DNA of 25,891 bases from a virus (Duplodnaviria > Caudoviricetes): the IMG/VR virus record IMGVR_UViG_3300044723_003732, positions 1-25,891 of that record; one strand, given 5' to 3'. Below are positions 1 to 10,587 of this stretch, one piece after another (the stretch's first letter is position 1; every line of letters begins with the position of its first letter). The notes beneath the pieces were generated by a model. The model saw nothing but the letters and a program-made list of their open reading frames with translations, was not told where the DNA came from and made no database searches. The position numbers were made by a program, and so were the translations under genes.

Positions 1-791
1 AATACAGGATTAGTTCTTCCTTGTTGGTTTTGAACTGTCATAGCTCTATTTATAGCTGCTATTGTGTTTGCATCTAATACACCTGCTTCAAAAGAACCTG
101 GATATAAATATCCTGCTTCATGTAATGCTAATTGAACATTAATTAACTCTTCTGCAGACATTCCATTAAACAACCCATATTGCATACCCTCAACATATAG
201 TGGTAGCTTATCAGGAGATGTAGGAGTTATAGTTCCTTGTAATCCTATATATGGTAAATCTGATGGAAGTAATGTCTGAACAAAATTTAATTGGTCATCA
301 GAAAAATCACCTGCTTGTATTTTTTCATCAATATATTGTGATTGTTGTTCCTGAATAGACATAGGCTTGAATACTCTTCTTTGTTCTTGCCTTGCAATTC
401 TTTCTTCTCTTGTCTCATCAGCAAAAAGTTCTGTAACTAATGGGTCAGGTATAGGTTGTGTTTCTATATCTTCTAAATCTAAACCTGAAAAACCTGCACT
501 AAATGCTTCGATTACATCACTAAAGTCTTCAGGATTTTCTATTGATTCTTCAAATAAAGGTTGCAGCATTTGAGATGGTTCGCCTATTCCTGCTTGACCT
601 GCAACTGATGCTGCAGCAAGAAGTCTGCCTAAATTCTTTTCATTAATTACTAAACCAAATGTATTTTCTAATAATGTTTTAGCAAAATTGTTTAGGTCAT
701 TAATTGATTTAAATAGATTAGTTTTATACCAAACACCAAATGTATTTATTAATCTACCTAATTCGTATGCTTTTATTTGGTCTTCGTTCAT
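1..791 (-). CDS. Putative virion protein with a peptidoglycan-binding-like segment (partial, runs off the left end)
   Basis: Not in the ORF track. ATG at 791 overlaps the upstream TAA (TAATG) and the frame is open to the window edge (MNEDQIKAYELGRL...). It contains VQLALHEAGYL..GSFEAGVLDANTIAAI, resembling the PG_binding_1 pattern LQxxLxxxGY...G....T..A. Confidence 0.75.
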   Translation of the reverse strand, partial: MNEDQIKAYELGRLINTFGVWYKTNLFKSINDLNNFAKTLLENTFGLVINEKNLGRLLAAASVAGQAGIGEPSQMLQPLFEESIENPEDFSDVIEAFSAGFSGLDLEDIETQPIPDPLVTELFADETREERIARQEQRRVFKPMSIQEQQSQYIDEKIQAGDFSDDQLNFVQTLLPSDLPYIGLQGTITPTSPDKLPLYVEGMQYGLFNGMSAEELINVQLALHEAGYLYPGSFEAGVLDANTIAAINRAMTVQNQQGRTNPV

Positions 792-3700
792 TAAAATCCT
801 AACTCAATGTTTTGCGTAGTAGCAATATCTTCTTCAATTTGCCTTGATAATATATTAACCCATAAATGGTAAAAATCAGGATGTTCTTTCAATAAAACAT
901 CTTCTACGTATCTACGTAGATATTCTCTCTGAGCTATCATATCACCTGAACCTATTGTAACATTAGGTCTTATATTTCTCTGTCCCCAGTCTAGTACTTT
1001 ATCAAAGGCTTCTAAGTATTTTGCTAACCCTTGACCTGCATCAGAACCTGCTAATACAGCATTCTGTTTCCATGTTCTTAGTTCACGAACTTGTGATTCG
1101 TTGTCTATAGTTCCTGCTAGTCCCAAACTTTCCCTAAATCCTGGTAATGTTTCTATCAAATGTATCTCTATTTCTTTAAGTATTTGTCTTCTTACATAAT
1201 CTGATACACCAAAATAGTTAGCATCATTAAGTAACATTCTTCTATTACCCTCATAAATAAACCTACCTTTTGCATTCATAATCTCTGCTGCAACTTGGTC
1301 TGTAGTTAAAGAAACTCTATCTCCCTCTGTAAATGCTTTCCAATATGATGCAATATCAAACTCATCTAGTGGATTATCAGGATTATGATAGTAAGCTGTA
1401 TTAGGTGCGAACTCATAAACTTCTTTGTTTTTTGCCATATATGCTGAACCCTCTGCTGTATATGGAGTTCTTACTACTGTTTTAGATTTTCTCTGTAACA
1501 TAGCAAATGGTTCAAAACCAAATGTAGTAATAAACTCTTTTGTTGCTTCATAGGAATCACCTTTATTACTTCTAAGCATGTCATAATATAAATCTGTGAA
1601 TACTGAGAAACCAAACATAACAGCACCATCATCTGTATCAGGGAAGTCTCTAATATCCAATTTAAGTTTTTCTTGTATCTCATCTGTTAAAAACTCACTA
1701 GGTACTTCTTTATAATATCTGACTGTACCACCTGTAGGTGCAGCGAAAGCTAATGCAGCCTGTATCAATGTAACAAATGTTGCAGTTTTCTCTGCAGCTT
1801 TTACTGCTTCTCTTCTTTCTTGTGTAGTAGTAAATTTAGCTTGTCCTGCTAATACTCTTGCTTTTAATATATCTGAAGCAACGTTTGCAAATAATCTTCT
1901 ATACTGTGGGTCTGCATCATCACCAAGAGTTAATACTTTTTTATACCAAGTAGGCAATGCTGCTTCTATAGGACCTACATTTGCAGGTTCACCTAATGGA
2001 AATATTACTTTTTTAAGTGAAGCAAATCTCTGTGTATCAGGTAAATAAGATGCAGGTAATTGTACAACTGGACCAAAACCTGGAAGAACACTTTGTCCTA
2101 TCAAGTTAAGTCCTGATGTATAACCTACAAGATTAGCTCTGATACCTGAATCTTCATCTACAATATCATTACTTAATCCTTCATTAAATGGAAAGTTAAA
2201 TACTTCTTCACCTGTTACAGGGTCTGTTGTAAAGAATCCATTCTCTTGTGCTTTGTTTACTAAGAGTTCTGCTTTACGTAATTTACCTGGATTTGTTGCA
2301 ATAAGTCTTGACCATGTTCCTAAAACTTCTTTATAAACTTCAACGAATGGGAACATCAATCTAGTTGCATCTGCAAACTGTGAACGTTTATTTAAATCAT
2401 AAAGTAATCTTCTTGTTTCCTCTAATGCAAAACCTTTTGATATTTCATCTGCTCTACGTGTACCAATCTTAAATGCATCATCAACATCTGAGACTAATGA
2501 CTCTAATCTTTGTATATATTTTTTATCTAAATTATTTTTCTTAGCCTGTTTAATTAGATTATTTAATGCAGTCTCTGTAAGACTTGGTGCAAGTTTTTCC
2601 ATTTTATCAAAGTAAAACTGTCTAAATGCAGGAGACCTTGATAGTTTGTTTGTAGGTGTAGAACCAAATATTCTAAATATAGAAGATACAACTTCATCAT
2701 ATTTACTTAAAAGACTTGAGTCTACGTCTACTTTAGAAACTTTTACATACTCGGGTCTGTTAAAAGGTAAGTCTGAATTATCCCATTGCTTTAACTTTGA
2801 ACCTAGTACTTGCTTTGTTTTATTATATTCTGCTCTAAATTCTCTTGATATATTTTCTAATGATATGAATGTACCATTTACTTCACCACTACCATTAGCA
2901 ATAAGATTAAGAATCTCATCATCTCCTGTTTGTGTAATTCTAAATCTTGGAACAGCATCTGCATATTGTGTAGGTATTGGTTCACCTGCTTTTAATATTA
3001 TTTCCTGACCATCTACCACTACATACTTTTCGTATTTACCTCCTGCTTGTTTATGTAATCTAGCTTGTATAGATTCTAAATAAGCTCTAACATTTTCTTT
3101 TGATTCTGTAATTCTAGCTTTTTGTGCATAAGAAGAATCATCAGCTAACTCAACAAAATCATCTAACAATGGTTTTAAATCTCCACTATAAGCTGCATCT
3201 ACTAACTCATCTAATGTTGCATATCTACCTTTAGCATTTGTTATTGTAGAAGCTAGCTCTTTAGTAAGAACATCATTAGCAAGTAATACATTTTCCAATA
3301 CATAACCGTCTAAATATTTTTTATTACCTTTTGATACAGCAACAAATATGTTTGTTCTTTTTGGTGCAAGTCCTCCAATAGATACTGATTTACCTCTAGC
3401 CATAGCATTTTTAAAAGATACATCCATTAGAAATTCATTTCCTAATATATCTTCTAATCCTCTTGCTTTAACTCCTGGTATCTTTGCCAAAGCATTTTCT
3501 ACTTTACCTACATACTTACCTGCAGATGGTGTACCTAATACCCATGCAATATGTGATATAGGATGATTAAAAACGCTTGTCATATCAGCAGCCCACATTC
3601 TTGCCTGTTCTTCACCAACAACTCTTGATGTCCATGCTGCTCTAAGAAGTATGAATGGTTTCCATAAACCTTGCATATAGGTATCTGCTATCTGTGTCAA

Positions 3701-5689
3701 TGCACCTTCTGTAACTCTTACACCATCAGGGTCTACACCATAAAATAATTTAGATAGATTCTTAGCTACAAAGTTAGCATCTTCTGATTGTGCTTTTACA
3801 AATGTTTCTAGTGTTAAGTCTTTACCTGTAAGTTTTCTACCACCAATAAGTCTCCACATAGCATTTCTTGTATTACCTACAATTCTTGATAAATCTCTAC
3901 CACCAGGTAAAAAGATATTTCCGTCAAAGTATTCTGAAAACAAATGTGCAGTAGGTTGTATTTGTATTTTCCCATCTACAATAATATCTGACTTAGCACC
4001 TAAGAATGCTTCAGGATTACCTAACTCATCGTGAAAGTAATCTCTCATTTTAGATGTATCTGCTTCAAACTTCTCGAACGCTCTACCTACGTATCCTTCA
4101 CCTAATACTTCATCTGTGGCAGGAAATACTTCATCATTTAAAAACTTAAATACTCTTGATACAATTCCGTAACTAGGAATAGCTTCATTTGCATTAGCAC
4201 CTTTACCTTTTACTTCTGCAGTTATATCTGTAAATTTACGTAGCAAGTCATCTTGTTTATCTACAGCTATACCTACACCATCCATAAATTCATTTAGTTG
4301 GTCATAGGCTTCATCAAAGTTTTTTACGTTTAAGTTAACAGGAGGTAGGTCACCCATCATTCTAAGTATTGGTGTACCCTCCCAACGTCTTTTAACTACA
4401 GCTTTTAATCCTAAGTCTGCAAACTCAGGGTCAAACATCTTACCTAATGTTGTAGAAAACTTTCCGTTAAATATTGCAGATGTAGGGTCAAACCTTTCAG
4501 TAATAGTTCCCCTAGATATTTCACGTCTTAATGTATTAATAACTCCTTCTGTATTAGCATCTGCAAGTTCTCTGTAAATTTCATGCGGTATAGAATCTCT
4601 GTTTTTTCCAAACATCTTTTGTATGTTTTTAATATTTGTTTCTTTACCCATAAGTTCAGCAATATTTCTTCCTGGTCCTCTAAGAAAGTAATCATCTGCT
4701 GTAGGTGAATGCACTGACTTTCTTATTGCTTTATCTATGATTCCTACACCTTGTAATGACTCGCCAGTCTTAAATGCTTTCTTTGCTTTACCTACTTTAC
4801 CTACACCTGCACCAACAAAGTTAAGTGGGTCTAATCCTGCGGTAACACCAAAGTCTATCGCACCTGACATAATGTTAAATGCTTTAGTTCCTGGTTCATA
4901 TACATTTGCAGCAACTACTGTTCCTGGAGATAAGATATATCCATCTTGTGCTAATAAACTATTTACATCTTGTCTTTCTTCTATAGTTATTGGTTTACCT
5001 AATTGTTGTTCAATTATATTTCTAGCTTGAGCTATAACTTCTTCATCATCTGTAGAGTCAACAATAGCTCTAAAGATATCCATGTTTTCTGCTACGTCAC
5101 TGTTGCCAAAGTATCCTGAACCTAAGTTCACATTGTTTCCTGCTTTAAGTTCATCTATAGCTCTACCCATAACAGTAGGACCTAATAATTCTTTGTTCTC
5201 TCTGTATTTCTTATAAAAAGATTCTTCACCCTCATCTCTTGTGAATGGGTCTGTAAGAAAACCAAGCAATGGTCCACCTAATGCAAGAATAGGATTATCT
5301 CCTCTTTGCACATGTGTAGCTGCAGCAGCTTGAAAAGGTCTTTTAATAACAGCCTCTGCTAATGAGTCAGCAGCAACAAAAGCTGTTCTTACAAAACTTC
5401 TTCCTGCATCTCTTATTCTTTTAGATAATTTAGATTCTTGTTCTAAATACGAATCAACAACTTGTTTTATTTCAGGAGCTTGTATTGCAAGTTCAGATAA
5501 ACCTGATGCAATTATTGCACCACTAGGCATTACATTTCCATATTGTCCTGCAAGTTGTGAAGTAGAAAAACCTTGAGATTTAGATATTTGGTTTTTAATT
5601 ATTTGAGTTTCTTTTATTTCTCTTTCTTGGTCAAATATCTGTTGTAACTCTGCATCAGGGTCTACCCAATATTGTGAAAATCTAGTCAT
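791..5689 (-). CDS. Large (1632 aa) putative internal virion/ejection protein
   Basis: Long ORF downstream of the portal, preceded by AGGGAG. Its size and N-terminal pattern (SGAIDFGVTAGLDPLNFVG) resemble podovirus core proteins. No catalytic motif recognised. Confidence 0.6.
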   Translation of the reverse strand: MTRFSQYWVDPDAELQQIFDQEREIKETQIIKNQISKSQGFSTSQLAGQYGNVMPSGAIIASGLSELAIQAPEIKQVVDSYLEQESKLSKRIRDAGRSFVRTAFVAADSLAEAVIKRPFQAAAATHVQRGDNPILALGGPLLGFLTDPFTRDEGEESFYKKYRENKELLGPTVMGRAIDELKAGNNVNLGSGYFGNSDVAENMDIFRAIVDSTDDEEVIAQARNIIEQQLGKPITIEERQDVNSLLAQDGYILSPGTVVAANVYEPGTKAFNIMSGAIDFGVTAGLDPLNFVGAGVGKVGKAKKAFKTGESLQGVGIIDKAIRKSVHSPTADDYFLRGPGRNIAELMGKETNIKNIQKMFGKNRDSIPHEIYRELADANTEGVINTLRREISRGTITERFDPTSAIFNGKFSTTLGKMFDPEFADLGLKAVVKRRWEGTPILRMMGDLPPVNLNVKNFDEAYDQLNEFMDGVGIAVDKQDDLLRKFTDITAEVKGKGANANEAIPSYGIVSRVFKFLNDEVFPATDEVLGEGYVGRAFEKFEADTSKMRDYFHDELGNPEAFLGAKSDIIVDGKIQIQPTAHLFSEYFDGNIFLPGGRDLSRIVGNTRNAMWRLIGGRKLTGKDLTLETFVKAQSEDANFVAKNLSKLFYGVDPDGVRVTEGALTQIADTYMQGLWKPFILLRAAWTSRVVGEEQARMWAADMTSVFNHPISHIAWVLGTPSAGKYVGKVENALAKIPGVKARGLEDILGNEFLMDVSFKNAMARGKSVSIGGLAPKRTNIFVAVSKGNKKYLDGYVLENVLLANDVLTKELASTITNAKGRYATLDELVDAAYSGDLKPLLDDFVELADDSSYAQKARITESKENVRAYLESIQARLHKQAGGKYEKYVVVDGQEIILKAGEPIPTQYADAVPRFRITQTGDDEILNLIANGSGEVNGTFISLENISREFRAEYNKTKQVLGSKLKQWDNSDLPFNRPEYVKVSKVDVDSSLLSKYDEVVSSIFRIFGSTPTNKLSRSPAFRQFYFDKMEKLAPSLTETALNNLIKQAKKNNLDKKYIQRLESLVSDVDDAFKIGTRRADEISKGFALEETRRLLYDLNKRSQFADATRLMFPFVEVYKEVLGTWSRLIATNPGKLRKAELLVNKAQENGFFTTDPVTGEEVFNFPFNEGLSNDIVDEDSGIRANLVGYTSGLNLIGQSVLPGFGPVVQLPASYLPDTQRFASLKKVIFPLGEPANVGPIEAALPTWYKKVLTLGDDADPQYRRLFANVASDILKARVLAGQAKFTTTQERREAVKAAEKTATFVTLIQAALAFAAPTGGTVRYYKEVPSEFLTDEIQEKLKLDIRDFPDTDDGAVMFGFSVFTDLYYDMLRSNKGDSYEATKEFITTFGFEPFAMLQRKSKTVVRTPYTAEGSAYMAKNKEVYEFAPNTAYYHNPDNPLDEFDIASYWKAFTEGDRVSLTTDQVAAEIMNAKGRFIYEGNRRMLLNDANYFGVSDYVRRQILKEIEIHLIETLPGFRESLGLAGTIDNESQVRELRTWKQNAVLAGSDAGQGLAKYLEAFDKVLDWGQRNIRPNVTIGSGDMIAQREYLRRYVEDVLLKEHPDFYHLWVNILSRQIEEDIATTQNIELGF

Positions 5690-5698
5690 GTTAGCTCC

Positions 5699-6103
5699 CT
5701 ATGCACCGTAAGTTTTTTGTTGTTTATTTAACTCACTTTCCATCAAAGCTAGTATATCAACATCAGGATAGACACTATACAGACTTCTTAGTACTGCTAG
5801 TTTATCTACTGGTCTTTGTTGTTGAGCTACTACTGAATCTTCTATTGCTGATACATTTGGTCTCTGTGTTGGCTGTGATAATGGAGTAACTGATGCTCCA
5901 GTAGCCCTCACCCTGTCTATTGGTTCAACTTGAGAAGGTGGTACTTGTATTGGTTCTTCCTGTGCTACAGGAAAACTTCTAACTAGTTCCTGATTTCTTG
6001 CTCGTTGTAAATCTGCTCCACCACCAACTAAATCTGATGGACTTATCTTATCCTTACCTGGGTCATAATTTAATTTATCTTTACTACCTCGAGTCATTTT
6101 CAC
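5699..6103 (-). CDS. Hypothetical protein (P/Q-rich, post-portal)
   Basis: 134-aa ORF tightly packed in the structural operon. An AGAGGTG SD suggests the ATG at 6097 is an alternative start. Confidence 0.7.
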   Translation of the reverse strand: MKMTRGSKDKLNYDPGKDKISPSDLVGGGADLQRARNQELVRSFPVAQEEPIQVPPSQVEPIDRVRATGASVTPLSQPTQRPNVSAIEDSVVAQQQRPVDKLAVLRSLYSVYPDVDILALMESELNKQQKTYGA

Positions 6104-6272
6104 CTCTAATAATTAACAAATCTATTCTTATTCCTGGAAACTGTGCAATAGTTACAGCATTAAACATAATGCCATCTTCAAACTCTTCATCTTGAAACAA
6201 TACATTTTGTGCTACGTCAGGAAATTCTTGTAAAATTATATCTATAAATTTTTCGTTTACAAAGTCGTCCAT
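6084..6272 (-). CDS. Hypothetical acidic protein
   Basis: 62 aa. Start overlaps the portal stop (TAATG). Confidence 0.7.
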   Translation of the reverse strand: MDDFVNEKFIDIILQEFPDVAQNVLFQDEEFEDGIMFNAVTIAQFPGIRIDLLIIRGENDSR

Positions 6273-8017
6273 TACTGACCTGCAGCAATCTGTGCAAATA
6301 TATCTTGTACTGAAGAAGGTCCTTGTCCTGGAGCTACTTGTTGTTGAGCAATAGCGGCTGCTTGTTGTTGCTGTTGTTGTTCTACTTGCTCTGAGAAAAA
6401 GTTTTCTAAAATATCATCTATCTTATTAGGATTTCTGTATATTTCTGTGATAGCTGCCATTGCCTGCATATCTCCTCCTTGTGACCTAGCTAATAATGAT
6501 TCAAACATAACACGTTCTGCACGTTCTTTTGTAATTCTGTCATTAATCTTTGTTAAGTCTTGTAAGCCGTCCATTTCTTCCTGCATGGTTTGTCTATCGA
6601 TAATACCTGCTTGAAGTAATTGCAACCCTGTTATGATTTTTTGTGGCTCATCAAAACCTGCCATAGTTCCATAAACTCTTGTAGTTTTGTAATTCTTATT
6701 AATATCAGTGCCAGGAGTATAGTTTTCTGAAAAAGCAGCTCCTCTGATATAACCTGATAATGGTTTTCTTTTTTCTGAGAATAATACTTCATCAAGTTCT
6801 AATCTCTTGTAATCAACATCTTCTAATGCTTTTGATAATACTTGTTGATATTCTCTAACCATAAGAGAAACACCACTTTGAAGTTCTTCTAAACCTCTAC
6901 CTGTTACAAAAGAATTAGGAGATATTGCATCATCTTGTACAGGATATCCTGCTACAACTCTTAGATGTCTTTCTATTCTTCCTACTTGTTCAAATAATTG
7001 ATACGGTAAGTTGTTTACTGGTTTTACTACTTGTGAACCTGGAGTTAAATAGTTAACAGCAAATCTTCCTTTACGGTATTGACCTGACTCTATTTCACCA
7101 ACAACGTTAGTTTCTGTAAATACAGCGTCTTCCATAGCTATAACAGACATAATATTTATCTTTGCCATAGCTGCCATAAGTCCTATTGTTTGGTCAAACT
7201 GTCCTTGTAATTGGTCAAAGCTAAATCTTTTTGCTACTACAAATGCAGGACCTGATTGTAATGGGTTAGGAACAAAGTCTACAATTTTTCCTGACGCAGG
7301 ATGTACTATGTAAGTTCCCTCTTCGTTCATGTATTCGACTATATTGTCTCCATTATCATCTGAGTTTTCCCATGAACCATTTTCTACTCCAATATTGTTA
7401 TTGAGTTTTCTTATGTTTCCACTACCACTACTAGATTTATCTGCATTATTAAAGTAACTTTTAAGTTCAGGATACATTTCTATAAGTTCAGCAATAGGAA
7501 CTTTACGTATTGTAACTAATTCATCAGGTGTTTGGTTAGCACCATAATATCCAGGAAAACAATCATAAGGGTCTCTTAGTTCTGCTACAGGATATGAATT
7601 ACCTTCTGCGTCTTTTTTTGTCGTAATTATCCATACAGCAAAACCATAACCAGGTAACCATCTAGCTACTTGTGGTAACTGACCCTTAAGATTCTGCATT
7701 TGGTCAAATGAAGTTATTATTCTTTCAAGTTTATCTTTTTTTCTTTTAGACCTCTCTGAATCTCTTGGGTTTGTTAAATCTACTCTAAGGTTAGGTACAC
7801 GTCCTAGTTTCTGTGCAAGTCTATCTAAACCTGACATTAGTAAGTTTGGAGCAGGTAGTATGGATTCATCCATCATATCTAGTTGAGTTCCAAGTAAAGC
7901 TCTGATTCCATCAGCTCCACCATTCATAATTGCTCTAAACCTATGTCTATCAACTAACGCATTCTCATGCATATTTTTAAGATGGACACTTCTGTTTAAA
8001 ATATCTTCAACTAACAT
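6272..8017 (-). CDS. Portal protein (head-tail connector)
   Basis: 581 aa, immediately after the large terminase, with a GGAG SD and a Q-rich C-terminal tail as in P22/T7-type portals. Assigned mainly from position and size. Confidence 0.8.
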   Translation of the reverse strand: MLVEDILNRSVHLKNMHENALVDRHRFRAIMNGGADGIRALLGTQLDMMDESILPAPNLLMSGLDRLAQKLGRVPNLRVDLTNPRDSERSKRKKDKLERIITSFDQMQNLKGQLPQVARWLPGYGFAVWIITTKKDAEGNSYPVAELRDPYDCFPGYYGANQTPDELVTIRKVPIAELIEMYPELKSYFNNADKSSSGSGNIRKLNNNIGVENGSWENSDDNGDNIVEYMNEEGTYIVHPASGKIVDFVPNPLQSGPAFVVAKRFSFDQLQGQFDQTIGLMAAMAKINIMSVIAMEDAVFTETNVVGEIESGQYRKGRFAVNYLTPGSQVVKPVNNLPYQLFEQVGRIERHLRVVAGYPVQDDAISPNSFVTGRGLEELQSGVSLMVREYQQVLSKALEDVDYKRLELDEVLFSEKRKPLSGYIRGAAFSENYTPGTDINKNYKTTRVYGTMAGFDEPQKIITGLQLLQAGIIDRQTMQEEMDGLQDLTKINDRITKERAERVMFESLLARSQGGDMQAMAAITEIYRNPNKIDDILENFFSEQVEQQQQQQAAAIAQQQVAPGQGPSSVQDIFAQIAAGQ

Positions 8018-9916
8018 TTAACTCCAAGGGGCATCATTCCAAGATGCCATTTCTATTCCGCTATAACTCGGACTATATTCTACCATCATATCATCAAATC
8101 TCGCAGTTTGTAATCTTCTTATAACTTTCATTGGAAACCAAGATGCCATAACAATATCAGATTTGTAACCTTTACCTTTGCTTGCAAAGAAAGATAACTG
8201 TTTTTTATACATATCTGATTTTATTTTTGCTTCTACAGATTTATATGGAAGTATTATGTTTTGTTCTGCAAACAAAGAAGTCATTGATGTCACACCATAT
8301 CTTGTATCCCATTTGTTTTTTGCTTGAGTCTGATGTCCTTCATGTATAATTCCTTGAGTAGCACAATACTCTTTAAGCTCAGTATCTTGTCTAATTGCTT
8401 TTTGGAAAGCATTTTCTTCTATTACCCAGTGATAACAACCATGTATTTCTTTCCATTCTTTCATAATTCTTAATGCTTCTTTGATTCCTCCACCTTTGTT
8501 ATTTTCTATATCAACCATTTGTAGTCTTAATGGAGAACTATCATAGATAGCCCATAAGAATGCTGCTTGATAACCTGTAGCAGCAGGGTCTAGTCCTGCA
8601 ACTAAGTATGCAGATTCTTTTACTTCTCCAATATCTACTGTGTCATCAAAACATTTTGTTATAGTCTCAGGATTAAATATTGTTGTACCTACTGGGTTTG
8701 CTCTATTAAGATATACCATTTCAAATACATGCACACCACCTGTAGTTGCTGATGCTTCTTTTTGTGTATTTAACCATTTGTAATCTCTTTTGCCTTTCCA
8801 TAACATACAATCTATATGTTCATCTAAATCTTGCTCAGGTATTTCGCAATCATCTGAATGTGCTTGCTCTACAATATTGTCCCAAGCATTGTTCTCTAAT
8901 AAAGAATTATATAAATCGTCTGAATGCTGTCTTGAACCAATAACTACAACAGCAGTATGTGACTCTACACGAGATGACAAAGTTGTTGTCCACCATCTTT
9001 TAGTTGCAGCTCTACCTGATGGTTGTGCTGTAGAACCAAAATCTTCTATGTCATCTGCAATTATTAAGTCGCAGTCACGAGATAGAATCTTTCCACCCTT
9101 ACCTACAGCAACCATCGTTGGTGATTTTATACCAGTAACATTTCTTGTAGCTACTGAAAATGCTGTCTGTGACCAGTTTTTACCTGACCTACTCTTAGGT
9201 CTAAAGGTTTGTCCTGGTCCACAAAACTCTTCTATTAACTTATCGTTAGAATCTAAATGGTCTAGTACAGAACCGACTGCATTTTTTGCAATATCTTCGT
9301 TTCCACCAACCCACATAATTCTTACGTTAGGATTTCTACAAATCTGCCATATAGCAAAATGTATAAGTAGTTCTGTCTTTCCATGACGTGGTGGACTCAG
9401 TATCATTAAGTTGCCACCCTCAGCAATATTTTTTGCTATAGAATTTACCCACTTCTCTTGAAAGTCAGGTGTTTCATACTTTTGTCCTGTTTCTGTTTTA
9501 AAATATCTATCTCTGAATTGTTTAAAGTCTTCTAAAGATTTTATTGCTTCTTTAGGTACAGTCCAGTCTTCTCTTTTTGTTTCTAGTTCTTTATCTTCTA
9601 TAAAAGCTGCATACATTCTTGATACTTGTGCAGGTGAAATCTGATATAAGTCTGCTACTTCTCTAGCACTTAGTTCACCTTTTAACATTTCTAATGCATA
9701 ACCATCTTCTAAAAATTGGTCATAGAACTCACCTTTACGTGATGTAGCATTCTTTTTTTGTGGCTTAGGTACGCCTAAAGTTTTATCTCCATGTAATGCT
9801 CTTTGATTTTGTACATATCTTTTGTGTTCTTCAGAGCAGTATCTTCTTTGTCGTCCTTTTAGTATTGTTTTACATTTAGGATGCTGACAAATTAGATTTT
9901 TTTCAATATCTACCAC
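8018..9916 (-). CDS. terL: Terminase large subunit with N-terminal Zn-finger and HTH extension
   Basis: Walker A PPRHGKT, Walker B LIIADD, coupling motif IGSR, RNase H-like nuclease start GLDPA, VIEENAFQ and a terminal SDIVMA acidic motif. Confidence 0.93.
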   Translation of the reverse strand: MVDIEKNLICQHPKCKTILKGRQRRYCSEEHKRYVQNQRALHGDKTLGVPKPQKKNATSRKGEFYDQFLEDGYALEMLKGELSAREVADLYQISPAQVSRMYAAFIEDKELETKREDWTVPKEAIKSLEDFKQFRDRYFKTETGQKYETPDFQEKWVNSIAKNIAEGGNLMILSPPRHGKTELLIHFAIWQICRNPNVRIMWVGGNEDIAKNAVGSVLDHLDSNDKLIEEFCGPGQTFRPKSRSGKNWSQTAFSVATRNVTGIKSPTMVAVGKGGKILSRDCDLIIADDIEDFGSTAQPSGRAATKRWWTTTLSSRVESHTAVVVIGSRQHSDDLYNSLLENNAWDNIVEQAHSDDCEIPEQDLDEHIDCMLWKGKRDYKWLNTQKEASATTGGVHVFEMVYLNRANPVGTTIFNPETITKCFDDTVDIGEVKESAYLVAGLDPAATGYQAAFLWAIYDSSPLRLQMVDIENNKGGGIKEALRIMKEWKEIHGCYHWVIEENAFQKAIRQDTELKEYCATQGIIHEGHQTQAKNKWDTRYGVTSMTSLFAEQNIILPYKSVEAKIKSDMYKKQLSFFASKGKGYKSDIVMASWFPMKVIRRLQTARFDDMMVEYSPSYSGIEMASWNDAPWS

Positions 9917-10200
9917 TTTACTTCATTAGCCCACCACGCTGCTGACATCTTGCCTTTAGCTATGTTCTTAGCGTGTCTTTTTTTAAAAGATTTACGTCTA
10001 GCTTTTTCTTTAGCTGATTTAGGATTCTTACCTGCACCTCTAACACCTTGCTGACCAAATCTAATTAACTTCATTTGATGACCTTCTTGAGCCAAAACAA
10101 CGTGTGACTTAGTAGGATGCTTAGGTGTACGTTTAGGTTTATTAACACCTGACAATCCGTGTTTCTTTAATAATGTTTTTTTTCTATTAGCATGTGACAT
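9910..10200 (-). CDS. Small basic protein (LIRFGQQG...RRKSFKKRH...SAAWWA type)
   Basis: 96 aa, K/R-rich. Motif recalled from small proteins of aquatic phages (DUF5754-like, from memory). Confidence 0.75.
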   Translation of the reverse strand: MSHANRKKTLLKKHGLSGVNKPKRTPKHPTKSHVVLAQEGHQMKLIRFGQQGVRGAGKNPKSAKEKARRKSFKKRHAKNIAKGKMSAAWWANEVKW

Positions 10201-10280
10201 TATATTTTATCTTTCTTAATTAGTATCCATGCCCATGCATTAATTACAACAAAAGCAAAAAAAACTATAAATCCATCCAT
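10200..10280 (-). CDS. 26-aa membrane peptide MDGFIVFFAFVVINAWAWILIKKDKI
   Basis: Below the ORF-track cutoff. TAATG overlaps at both ends. One hydrophobic helix with a basic tail. Confidence 0.6.
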   Translation of the reverse strand: MDGFIVFFAFVVINAWAWILIKKDKI

Positions 10281-10414
10281 TAGCTCATCTTTGGTTTTCT
10301 TTTACCGTTTTGACGTAACTTTTTAAAATCAGCTCCTGTGATTTTGTCAAACGGTGGTGCAACACCTGCTATTTTTTTCTGTGCTGCAGAATACTGTCCG
10401 TTACCTTTTAGCAT
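10280..10414 (-). CDS. 44-aa basic protein (QKKIA...DKITGADFKKLR)
   Basis: TAATG overlaps at both ends, with AGGTAGG upstream. Confidence 0.7.
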   Translation of the reverse strand: MLKGNGQYSAAQKKIAGVAPPFDKITGADFKKLRQNGKRKPKMS

Positions 10415-10587
10415 TATTTACCTACCTTTTTCTGTGCGTTTACATGTGATTTAGAAAAACTAGAACCACGTTTCATTGAGTTTACCATATATTGAATATG
10501 TTTTTTTGTATGATGTTTAGAATGTTTTTTTAATGCAGTTTGTTGTCTTTTAGTTAACTTACTTGCATCAACTCCTTTTACTTTCAC
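10414..10587 (-). CDS. 57-aa His/Lys-rich protein (LTKRQQTALKKHSKHHTKKH)
   Basis: GTG start overlaps the previous TGA, with GAGG upstream. Fills the gap exactly. Confidence 0.75.
   Translation of the reverse strand: MKVKGVDASKLTKRQQTALKKHSKHHTKKHIQYMVNSMKRGSSFSKSHVNAQKKVGK

Noticed and set aside
367-9386. Plus-strand ORFs opposite the structural genes (e.g. 2646-3008, 8790-9386) and the nested ORF 1474-1683
   Set aside because: They are shadows of long genes, with S/L/F-rich composition and no SD.
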